This document shows, in pieces, positions 41,801 to 52,449 of a DNA stretch of 64,000 nt (position 1 is its first letter; every line of letters starts with the position of its first letter). A model generated the notes under the pieces. That model saw nothing but the letters and a program-made list of their open reading frames with translations, searched no databases and was not told where the DNA came from. A program made the position numbers and the translations under genes. The stretch is from Phoronis australis (Eukaryota > Animalia > Phoronida): the NCBI GenBank assembly GCA_002633005.1, contig NMRA01000417.1:262158-326157 (forward strand), written 5' to 3'.

Positions 41801-44800
41801 AGATTCCAGAGTCACTTCCAAAAAATGCATTCTTCACAGTTGACCGGATGGGTATATAATAAAAATCACATTTTGCCAATAATCAGGGCTCATTAACATG
41901 CTTGTTACAAATTGAGAATCGGATGTGTTTTACGCACTACAGGGCAATATAGAAAAGTTTGACCGTACGTTCGTACACCGTAATTAAACCGTTACATGAA
42001 CATCATCTCGAGGATTTTAAGGGCCTGTAGTTTGGGTCTTTTCTTATTATTATGTTGTGTTCAGGCGTAATCCTAATGCAGTTCTGTCAGATGATTCTTC
42101 AGAACAAGAAAAGCTGGGCGTAAGTGACCACGAGCCGTTTCATCTATCATACGCGCACCCAGGGGGTCTCGGGGGGCTCGAACAAGCCCCCCTATTTGGC
42201 GAAGTGGGCGAAAAGGTACACCTTAGAGAAACAAAAAGGCCGAGAAAACAAAATCCACTAACGCACAATTCATATCTCTGAACGTGGTACTCCGTGTTTT
42301 AAATCCTCCCGCTTTTTTGTTAGTAAAGGTCCACATCGTCGGAAATTCGAGCCCTCATATTAAAGACTGGGTGCGCGCATGTCTATTGCACCGATTATAC
42401 AACTATAGGCCAATCCCTAGGGTGAGATCAGGTCATATGAACTGAGGTAGAGCAATGTGCTCTTAATAGGTTTAGAACGTTTTGATGTAGCCTACGCTTT
42501 CTGTCAGGTTTTTTATTTGACACAGATTGATCCCAGCGGCAGGAATGTTTCTGTTTCTGTTTCTCTGGTGACGTCAGAGGGCAGGCACCGGGATAGACTC
42601 TGGCCCTCCTCCTTCCAGTATCACACGCAATGTAAATTTGGAGATGCAACCAAGTTCGTGCTGGTTACACACTCTTCTATCTTTTCCCCTGATACGAGTT
42701 TTTGCTGCATCTCCTTATTGCCATCCTCGCTCTATGAGGCGCTTTGTTGCCCATCTCTCCTGCTGTTGTACAGTCTCGGCATCTGTAAGCGATTCACGCA
42801 CTTTGGAGATTACATCTGCTGGTGTGAGGAGTAGGTCGGCAATCGGTTCTGCGATGCCTGCAAGCTCATCCGCCTTGACGTTGAATGAGATGCCACAGGA
42901 ATGAAAAGTGATATTCCACAGTTAGCCCATCAATATCTTCATAACAAGGAAGTTAACGAACGACATTTTGCAAATCAGACCGCAGAAATATCCGTATTCT
43001 TGTAATAACATTTTATAAAGTAAGAAAATTGAGTATTGACATTTCAATTCTATTGAAGCTTATTGCACGGCCTCCTGGGCTGAGTTGCATAAAACTTCAA
43101 AATTATCCGCTGGATAAATTTGATTGTTGTGTGGCGTCAGATGCATTCTTCAACAATAACAACGTTGCACGTGATAATGCGACGTCATTGTTGCTATGCA
43201 GCGAATAACTTTCATGCAACTGGGCCCTGATGAACTTTCTTTAGGAATCATTTTCTTTATTGTCTTTAAATAACACCACAGTGAAGAACGGTGCTTATAG
43301 AGGCCTTTGATTTCAGCTCCGATGGCGCCATCGTCGCCATCTTTGCCAGAAATGAGGAATGTGGCAACGCTGTCGTGAAGGAGACCAACGCCACAGGTGG
43401 CAGTGTATCTTATTATAAGGTGGACGTCACAGATAGAAAGAAATGTCAAGAGGCTGTGAAAGCTGTGGCCGATGCTAACGGTGGAAGAATTGATATACTG
43501 GTGAACAACGCCGCAAATGTGGACTCACTCGGGGGTAAGTTTTTAGTTTGTAGCTTGTGTATTCAAAACATTAATGCAAGGACCACCGAAATTTCTTCAA
43601 ATAGAAGAAATGTTTACAATCTTTTAACAGACAGAATAGTCGCGCATTGTTGAGAATGTATTAAAAGACAACCAAATGTCTCGCTAATACTCACTTTTTG
43701 CCGTAAGGAGCTAGCGAAATTTGGAACACAAGTAGCTCGAAATTAACGCACAAGTCATGCCAGTGTCTCACGTTACTGCTGCGACCACAAACATCATAAT
43801 AATGTGATGTCTATGTTCGCGCGCCATCTGCCTAATATTTGGAGGACAAAATTGAGAATGTTTTACCAAGCAAATTCAGCCAATATCTCACAAACGTTGT
43901 GCACAATTTTTTTCAACACAATTTAAGAGGCATTATCTGAGAAAACCTGCAAAATTGCAAAATNGTATCCTTAATAAAACCCCATTGACAAAATCCATGA
44001 ATTTTAACATGCCTCCGCTGACCTCTGCAGGTTTTCTCAGATAATGCCTCTTAAGAAGGTTACGTAAAACCGATCAAGTTTGAGTCTATTACTGGAATAA
44101 AAACTTACAAAAATTAGCGACGTTGCGTCCGCATCTCACGGACTTCAGCTTGGCTTGTGACGTTATCGTTATTCTGGCCAACTGGTGGCGTTTTGATCAG
44201 ACGGCGCGGCATTGACGTCAGAACACCATCCCATACCTGTGACAAATCGAATCTTATACCGCCTTTTTTATTTAAATACGCCCAAGGGTAATAAATCATT
44301 TGTTTTCTATGGTGTGCAGTGTAAGGATCCCTAGTGCTCAGACAGTTACATTGGTGAAACGAAACAGTCCATAAAAATGCGTATGTCACAACATCGTCGT
44401 CCTAGTTACAGGGACACTTATGATTCGGCTATTTTTAGCCACCTGTACGCCACTGAACATGATTTCAATACTACCCTAGACTTTGAGGAAGACTGGTTCA
44501 GAAGGGGTGCAAAGGAAGCTCTCCATGAGCGCATGGAGAGTCCCTCTTTAAATAAAAGAGGCGGTTTAAGATTCGATTTGTCACACGTATGGGATAGTGT
44601 TTTGACGTCAATGCCGCGCCGTCTGATCAAAACGCCACCAGTTGGCCAGAATAACGATAACGTCACAATCCAAGCTGAAGTCCGTGAGATGCGGAAGCAA
44701 CGTCGCTAATTTTTGTAAGTTTTTATTCCAGTAATAGACTCAAACTTGTTTTCTCAAGTGGATGTCTCAAAATTTTCATACTTTTGTTACATAAAACCGG

Positions 44801-47800
44801 TTCAAAACACCCCAGGCAACAATGCGACCATTGAAAGGAAAGCACTCTTCCGAATCTTATTATAAGACGAATGGAAAAAAGCGGTTCTGCGGTCGAACAC
44901 AATGGTACTTAGAGGCCATCAAGTATATGTAGAACTTTATCTACAAGTCTGTGTATTTAACCAAATACTTAGAAAAATGAGGCTTTTAACTCAAAAGGAG
45001 TTAATATTTTCTGAAGGTAGAAAGTTTGAAGCGCTTGTTTTTGGATTTTATGCCAATATACTATTTTTTGGGTCACATGACTATGTCTTAAGTGAAATTG
45101 CCGAAAGAGGTACGTTCGTGACCGTTCACACCACAAAAAAGGCTTTAATACCATTAATTGATTGATCCAAATGTTCAAAATGTTGTCTTCAAAACTGTTA
45201 AGTATTTCTAAACTATCACTTCGTTTTTTTGTTTTATGCAACTTTTTCGTAAAAATCATGAACGTCATTGTTTTTATTGCGTCCCATAAAAAAGTAATAC
45301 GTTTTAAAAATAATTTCTAACAGTCGTTTGAAGCATAGTACGTAAAGCATAGCGTCTGAAAGTTTCGTATGGATATTATCAGTCAAATTTGAGACAAGGT
45401 ATTTCGAGTTTGTACCTTTTTAGGGTCCTACATATCCTTAAAGATGTTTTTGCATGCCCTAACCATGCTAATGTACTGTATAGCATGAACTAAACGACAA
45501 TGCTATTTGAACATCATCTACGCTAAATAAATTGCAGTTGTAATCATTTACAACTTGTAAACGTGAAGACAAAAACCTGCAAATAGGTGACCTTTGCATT
45601 AATGACGTATCTTTGGGGCTCACATAACCTGCATCATGTAGTGTTATTCCCAAACACCACGTCACGATACTTACCTGACACGGATGAGTGATTTACCACA
45701 ATTGATTTTCGACATAAAACTAATTCATAAAAACATCTGACAATTTTCAACGTACTTCATATTCACATCGTCGCTATATGTTGGGTTTCTAACTAATTTG
45801 ACAAAGCAGTCACCGAGATAAGGAATTAGCTTCCACTTTAATCAACTTTGTTTCCAGCTTGGAAAGTCGGTGGCCATTTACAACAACGCGGATCGTTGAA
45901 ATGCGCCTACGAATGCACCGGAAGGAGTGTGCTTCTAGGGGTCTTTATTTGTATTATAAAAAATGGCCACCAAATGGCGCAAAATACGTCGCAAACATCC
46001 GAAAACGATGAGAATATGCCATCACTTCTTTAAGAGAAAGCTATTCACGAAATTTCACATAAAATTGTCAAAAAACTTCAGCGAAACAAAGGAAAACGAA
46101 AAAATCAATGAACTTTGACATTAGGGGACACGGCGTTCGTCGTCGTCCGTTGTCAACTTCATATAATTGCACTTGATAAACTTAATAAAGACGCTGCAGT
46201 GGGTTTAGGAGATACAGCTATGGGCGCAAAAAACTGCCACTAGGAGCCTCCAAAATAATCGAAGTCGTCAGAAAATTGTCGTCAGCCGTCCTCTTCATAG
46301 TGAGAACATACATGTCAATTTTCACGAAAACAGTAAAAACGTCCAATAGGAGGCGCAAAATACCTCGCATCCATCCAAAAAACGAGAAGATAGCGTCATC
46401 TTGCTAATCTTGCTAATAGATGGCCATTTGCCAAATTTTATGAAAATCCGTCGAGTTTGAATTTACAGAGGAAAACGTAAAAAAAGAAAATTTGCCACTT
46501 GGGGTCACATCGATAGTCAGATCCGTCGAAAAATTTGCTAGTGTCGTCTCATTTATGAAAAAACACGTGTAAAATTTCATAAACATACATCAAAGGGTTT
46601 TGGAGATAGAGCACCGGACGCCGGACGGACGTCGGAATGGGATGGCGTCATAATGCGTCCACATGTGGACGGACGGACGGGGATGACAGTATAACGCGTC
46701 CACATGTAAATGTGTGAGAGCATATAATCATATGTTACTGATAGACAAATGCGTCATGCATTTAAAGAATTTATAAAGAGCACTTACCTGCACCTACCCA
46801 CAGGTGTTCGTGTCAGAGTAGTACTTTTCGCCAGTTTGTCTGCAACCCAAGGCAACGCATATATATCTAAAATTAAGATTAAAATGGACAAATGCTCACC
46901 GAACAGATTTGGTTCATGACTTGGTAAGTGTGTAATGTGCTGTTCATAACATTTTTTTTCCGTCATCTCGTCACAGTGGAGTTCACAAGCTTGCCACAGG
47001 AAGTTTTGGAGAAAACACTGTCCGTTAATGTCGTGGCTTGTGCGTCTCTCGCGCAGGATTGTATTCCCTATCTGAAGAAAGGTGAGTGCTTTCATTTATT
47101 TCACCGGACTTGTATCATAAAAAGTAAGAGATATGGAATGTGTTGTAAGTCTGATCGATATTTGCGATGAAAACCTGCACCGGCTGGTGAGGCCGGCTGG
47201 GGCCGGCTGGTGAGGCCGGCTGGTGAGGCCGGCTGGTGAGGCCATCTGTACACTATTTTCAGTGCTATGAGAAGTAGCATTGTGGAATGATCGTGTAACA
47301 CGCGTTCCTGTTGGTAAACAGAAAGAAATAACATGTGGGTATGGAGTTCAGTAACACTAGGACCTTCGCGAGATTACGTGAGCTATTGCGTTGTATTTGA
47401 AATGTGAACACGTGATTTTGGCTAGATTTTAGCGAGGTCCTAGCGTAGGTCCTTAGACATTCCAATTCGTTGGAAAATAATATTCAATCGATCTGATTGC
47501 TTAATGTTGATAAATGCGTCACAATATAGATTGAGAAATGCCATTTTGGAATGCGATTGCTGAAACACAAGTACGGACTAAATCGATGCATTCCATGTGG
47601 CACACCAAAGATTGCCAGGCGTCAAACAAAAGCAACGGAACGTTTCATTGGATCATGAAAGTGCAACATTAACTGGTTTTCCACTGACAACAAGACAATC
47701 ATTGCAGTCACTGAATGTCATTTCCGTATAATGTGTACTAATTAAAAAAGTTTTTACCATTAGCATAAAGCCTTTCTTCTGAAAGGAAAAGTTAATATCA

Positions 47801-50800
47801 TTCAGTGAGAAAGGACGGGTATACCAGATGCCGTTGATTTTGATTTTATTGTGATCTAGTTTCAATGGCTCTGGCTACGAACGGTCTATAGAAACACTTA
47901 TAAATAGGGTCCAGTTTCGGCACGTGGTCTTCCTTATGGTAACCTCCTTCAGCCTCAATAACATCCACAATTAGATCCTTGAAGGTAAATACAGCAACAC
48001 AACACGTAATTCGCTTTGTGTCCAAAATTTGACCCTGAACTAGACCAGAGTGTTAATAGCACTTCTTCAGCTTCAGTCCATAATGTTTCTTCCTGGAAAG
48101 GAGATAAGTCATTACAAATCTTTTCACTGTACTGGACACTTCTCAGCATTTGCCATAGGTGACAATCACAGCTGGTGATACACCAACACCCTGTGAGCAT
48201 GCACACCTCAAGTTGAATACATTGCTCTCATCCTCATTTATAGTTATGTGAGGCTGGAAAAATCTCGTTGTTTTTTGAGGTGCAGTTTAAACATGACCTG
48301 AGCATGAAGGGGAGTGTTGTTTTCAACAACATTCTTGTTGATGTCAGCATAGCTGAAAACTGGTGGTGTTCTTCAAAAAGCCAGTGGTCCATTTTTAATT
48401 GAGATTTAAGTCGCTATAATTTTCTTCATTTCATGTGGCGTATTTTACTGTTGCTTTGCAAATTTATGTATTTTATTACAGGTTTTCTGTTTTGATACCT
48501 ATTAAACTTGTGTGATTACTGACGAAAGAAAACAACAACAGGAACTTGATAATACAACAATTTACGCAGACACCGGCTCTATTGTATTAAGAAACGAGAA
48601 TGTTTCATGCATTGAATTATAGGCCATAGTCCCAGCTCTCCTATCTTTCACCTCCGTGAACACTTTCTGGTGGCAACGGGAACTTTGCATTAAACCCATC
48701 TACAGATGTTCAAAAGTCAATTTCAAAAAAGTTCCCAAGAATGCACTTGCACGTTTAGTAAGAATTTTAATTTAAATGTTGGAAAAATATAACCTCAACT
48801 AATGTGTTAACCACCAGGTGTCAGAACAAAATGACCCGAACAGCCAATCAAATGCCAGGAAAATATTGTGTCCAAACCTTTCCCCTTCAAAAGTCGTCTG
48901 CTTGGCATGGAAACATTCATCAGTGGCCAGTCAGTTGATGTTATTCTGCTGGCTTACCTAGGTTGTTTACTGCTACTGACTACATTGAATAGTATTAATT
49001 CTTAGATGGGTGTGCAAGTAATGGGCAATTACTAAGGGGCAAGGCTCAAAAACCAACAGGCAGCAGTTAGGAATTGAGGAAAGCCAAATCAAGTGGCCAC
49101 AAGTGTCATCGTACTGAAACAGTTCTTGGGACGTTCCTGAATCATTTTTTGTTTCGCAAAGCACAGTTTTGGGACAGCTAGGACTCTGCTGAAACGATGA
49201 ATTATTGAACGAGTGTGCGAATTCACAATAGACTGGCAAGATGTCTGCCCCTTGCTGCATTCATGTGTCAGGGTCTGCTCAAATTTATGAGCTGGAATTA
49301 TCCGATATTACCTGGTAGAAGGCTATTGCAAACAAACGTATCAACATTGAGCGCAAGAGAAGTATCATTGCTGATAAGTTTTTTGTGAAAAAACAGAGCT
49401 CTTGTCATGCGCGCACTCAGGGGTGGGGGGCTCGGGGGCTTGAACGAACCTTCCCCATTTGGTAAAGCGGGTAAAAAGGTCCGCCATAGAGAAACAAAAA
49501 CTCCGAAAAAGTAGAAAACGAGACTAACGTTCACTAAAAGGCAAGAACTACCAAAATTTGACGAACGCACAATTCGTAGCTCTGAAGTACCCGTGAATCT
49601 TAATAAATGTCCACATTCTCAAATACTCGAGCATTTTTAGGCTTGGTGCGCACAGGCTTCTATCACAAGCAGTGTTACAGGCACTTAACAGATGCAACAG
49701 AAATTGAAAGAGCTCTTAAAAAAGAAAAAGACCAAGCTGATGATGGAAATAATGTTGAGCCTACAAGAAAATTAAGGAGATTGTCACTGTCAGTTATATG
49801 TACATTCAACTGTGCTCAAAGAAATATACCGTATATGTTTTGCCACCACAAAGAACCATTTGCCACAAATCAAATTTCATCACATGGGAACTTCACAAAC
49901 AAAAGAAAAGTAGAAAACCTATCCCAGTTCCAAACATTCAAATGTAAATAGGCCTACCTATTCTTAATTTGAAAAGGTGTCATTTAGGGTAAATAATCTT
50001 TAGTTTAGGTCACAGAACAAAAATTATTTTGCTTGATAAATTTGTTGTAATAGTCGACTCAATCTCAAATGTACTGGCAGTAGTTTTTAACCTACATATG
50101 AGTGATCAGCACTGCTTTTTATGAACTTCTAAGCCCAATTTGAGACCCTTTTATGTAAAATCATGAGCAGTGTTTGGAATTTGAGAAATAAAACCCCCAA
50201 AATATCGCTTGTGTTCTAATTCATGGGTACAACAATGATTGGCGAGATCCATGTCGTTGGACTTTCTGCTCTTTCGATGATGTCATATTCTTCAATTCCA
50301 TTGATCTTAGCTTCTAATTTCCCACGAGCATGAAAGGGGATTAGGCAGTGTGGTTCACTGCTGGGTCTACTTGGACTTTGACTGGATCACACTTGCACAG
50401 TACCGTGCAGCCAGTCACTTCCGGGAAGTCAGCAAAGGCACGTGAGCAGTCGGGTAAGGCATTGGCATGTGCAAGTAGCTTGCGCTGCTTGGAGGTCCCA
50501 CAGTCAAGTATCGATGCATGTACTAGAGCCTTTCTGGCCCTGCAGGCATGGTCGCCATGATATACCGTTGCTTGAAATTCACACAAAACGTTGGCAAGAG
50601 GGATGACTGATGTGCAGGGATAAGGATTGGTTTTTTGAAGTACTAGGTCAGGATGGCCGGTCAGATGAAGGTAACTGACTTCATTCAAACTATTGATAGA
50701 TGCACTGGAATCTCCCATAAACTTCAGGGTGACGTCGTTAATAGACACTTAAAAGAGCGGTGGGTCTGCTGCTTTGCTTGACATCGCGAACAAGTAGTCA

Positions 50801-51863
50801 TCGTCTGACTCCGAGTAACAGTCAGGGTTGTCGGTTAATTTTAGCTAAAGTTTTCCGTATCAGCCCGTCCCTAACCCGTTTCATGGAGATGTTAAGTCGA
50901 GCACGGTAGTCCTGATGACAAGTTTGGTGTTTTTCTGTGGAAGCAGGCTCAACAGCTTCCTCAAAACTGGAAACCATCGCAAGATTTACTCTGTCCTATA
51001 ATAATAATATGAAAGGAAGGAGTTCTTTACAGCTTTAATTTTCATTTGTTTTAGGTGGGCCGGAAAGTTCTATCGTTAACATCGCGAGCATTTCCTCTGT
51101 GGATGCCCAACCAAGACATTCGGCATATAATACGTCCAAGGCTGCTTTGGTGATGCTGAGCAAATGCATGGCGCTGGATTTATCGTCTTCAGGGGTGAGA
51201 GTCAACTGCGTTAGTCCAGGATGGACTTGGACAGGAATTGTAAGTACAGCTGCATTGCTTGCCTGATAAAGAAAGACTGGGTACGGAATTTATAGTTGTG
51301 TGAGATCATGCGGGTCTAGAAAGTAACTCCTTCTGCGCAATTTCATACACGAAACGGCTGTAAACTTGCCTTCCTTTGAAAAAATAACTGATTCAGAGTA
51401 CTTATTGTTGCGATATAGGTTACTGTTCCTTAGTCAAATTATATGCAAATCCTGTACTTGGGAATTTTTGTCGGTTCATTATTACTGGACACCAAGCTGT
51501 TTTTGTATTTATTTTTTTTGTGAGAAACGACAAAATACCGTGCAAAACCACCGTGTCAACGAATGGTTCACTAGTTCTTTCTTTTATTATTTAGTTAGCA
51601 CAAGTGAGGTTAAAGCAGCTGATGGGACGCCTAATGTATATTTTTATTTCCAGCCTCTGGATATCTTCAAAACTGAAGATGAATTCATAAAGAAACGAGG
51701 ATATACTCAAATGGGCAATAAGGTCATACCGAGCTCCGGGATAGCCTCTGCTGTCGCTTTCGTTTGTAGCAAAGATGCCATGTACATCAATGCTGCTAAC
51801 ATCCCAGTGGATTTGGGCTACCTCGCGATGGGACCTGAAGGAACCGGCATCAGTTCTGATTAA
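32687..51863 (+). CDS. Classical short-chain dehydrogenase/reductase (SDR), 5 exons, 290 aa
   Basis: Exons 32687-32841, 43317-43534, 46977-47081, 51055-51239, 51654-51863; GT-AG with phases 2/1/1/0, total 873 nt. Motifs TGGNYGIG, DILVNNAA, IVNIASIS, YNTSK, VRVNCVSPG, VDLGY. Confidence 0.92.
33870..36315 (+). mobile_element. hAT element with 5-bp TSD (hAT5-like) and decayed PRKRIR/THAP12-like transposase
   Basis: TIR CAGTGGCGGATCTACG; TATAT on both flanks; plus-strand remnant DADIVEAYKLIDRAVDEVQ...IQIPRQPRQQKDRTNVPGET at ~35005-35200. Confidence 0.7.
36388..36643. mobile_element. hAT5-like MITE, copy A
   Basis: TIR CA(T/C)GCGCGCACCCA; perfect 5-bp TSD TTCAC. Confidence 0.78.
38625..38774. 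mobile_element. End fragment of a Harbinger-type MITE (same TIR family as 4518-4917)
   Basis: Ends GATTGGAGACCGGGCC; GAGTA subterminal repeats; starts at an N join. Confidence 0.65.
40237..41047. mobile_element. Penelope-like element 3' end, present as an inverted pair around a gap
   Basis: Right arm translates QQCSFNDFAIIDQAVTTKELKIREALHISWCKPNLNRQL (GIY-YIG C-terminal EAxxI..PxLN); the left arm is a near-identical reverse complement. Confidence 0.7.
40542..40739. other. Assembly gap
   Basis: N run. Confidence 1.
41250..41985 (+). mobile_element. Highly decayed pogo-like transposase C-terminus with a PHD-like remnant
   Basis: KCIESFRK*IGI and ENECAECGRSFDQEHVSQCSE*C in broken frames. Confidence 0.3.
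42148..42381. mobile_element. hAT5-like MITE, copy B
   Basis: TIR CAT(A/G)CGCGCACCCAG; perfect 5-bp TSD TCTAT. Confidence 0.8.
42540..42950 (-). mobile_element. Non-LTR retrotransposon RNase H C-terminal fragment
   Basis: LWNITFHSCGISFNVKADELAG resembles W..GHxGIxGNExADxLA. Confidence 0.4.
43317..43534 (+). CDS. SDR exon 2
   Basis: SDGAIVAIFARN...KVDVT...GRIDILVNNAA; g|gtaagt donor. Confidence 0.92.
43927..44050. mobile_element. TTAA-flanked TIR element (Sola3/Kolobok-like), collapsed at an N join
   Basis: TTAA|GAGGCATTATCTGAGAAAACCTGCA ... TGCAGGTTTTCTCAGATAATGCCTC|TTAA. Confidence 0.65.
44075..44748 (+). mobile_element. Penelope-like element: GIY-YIG endonuclease 3' fragment preceded by an inverted copy of its 3' end
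   Basis: YGVQCKDP*CSDSYIGETKQSIKMRMSQH...RRGAKEALHERMESPSLNKRGG; 44075-44277 is the reverse complement of 44547-44748. Confidence 0.85.
45880..46727 (+). mobile_element. Helentron-type element, copy 3 (older)
   Basis: Same 5' motif CAACGCGGA.CGTTGAAATGCGC, core units, GGAC microsatellite and 3' hairpin. Confidence 0.7.
46977..47081 (+). CDS. SDR exon 3
   Basis: EFTSLPQEVLEKTLSVNVVACASLAQDCIPYLKK; aag|gtgagt donor. Confidence 0.9.
47180..47243 (+). repeat. 13-bp GC-rich minisatellite (CCGGCTGGTGAGG)n
   Basis: About 5 tandem units ~100 bp downstream of the SDR exon 3 donor. Confidence 0.85.
49406..49656. mobile_element. hAT5-like MITE, copy C
   Basis: Same TIR and internal sequence; TSD CTTGT/CTTCT. 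A partial copy also lies at ~31890-32041. Confidence 0.7.
50215..50990 (-). mobile_element. Gypsy LTR retrotransposon pol fragment (protease to RT N-terminus)
   Basis: VSINDVTLKFMGDSSASINSL (DTGAS-like protease motif) and IPFHARGKLEAKINGIEEYDIIERAESPTTWISPIIVVP. Confidence 0.78.
51055..51239 (+). CDS. SDR exon 4 (catalytic S...YxxxK)
   Basis: SIVNIASISSVDAQPRHSAYNTSKAALVMLSKCMALDLSSSGVRVNCVSPGWTWTGI. Confidence 0.93.
51654..51863 (+). CDS. SDR exon 5 (terminal)
   Basis: PLDIFKTEDEF...IASAVAFVCSKDAMYINAANIPVDLGYLAMGPEGTGISSD*. Confidence 0.9.
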   Translation, partial: PLDIFKTEDEFIKKRGYTQMGNKVIPSSGIASAVAFVCSKDAMYINAANIPVDLGYLAMGPEGTGISSD

Positions 51864-52449
51864 TTATTGCTCTTTTCACTGAAACAAGAGACACAGTTAT
51901 GCATTTGTCTCTGTTCATTATAAGATATTCTGCTAAGTTACATGTATCACGATTGCCTGAATCAACTTGTAGGAGACATAAGTATTACTTTCAAAAGTGT
52001 TTAAAAGAATTTTAAGACGCTAGTTAGATAAGAAAACAATAACAACTTTTACAGTCAAAATACAAACATGAAACATTTACTTCCTTTCCACACTGCACTT
52101 TCAGCTTTCATTTTCTGGATTATACTGCGAAATCCAATAAAACCCTTGTATATTGCCGAAATGGTAGTTTTCACAGTAGGTTGTTTCCAGTTTGCACCAA
52201 ATCACATGAACAAATTTTCGCAGGAACCTGGCCAATCCAGCACCGACGGTCGCTAAATGTGCCACTAAGGTACCGCGGCGATAGATCGAGTTAAAAAAAA
52301 GACGGAGCAAGTGGCTTAATGTCAATTGCGGTGCATCAGACGTGCGCTGGCCTCATGGTTAGGCCAATTGCCAAAACATCTGGGCTAAAAGCACAAGAAC
52401 TCCGTTATGGTTCTTCGTGAAGGAAATTTTCAAGTCTGCTTGCCTCCTT

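Noticed and set aside
45667-45700. ATACTTACCTG resembling the U1 snRNA 5' end
   Set aside because: Similarity stops after 11 nt, with no U1 stem-loops or Sm site; it is simply the reverse complement of a donor-like sequence
47180-47243. Chi-like GCTGGTG repeats
   Set aside because: Lacks the final G of Chi, which has no known role in animals; an ordinary minisatellite
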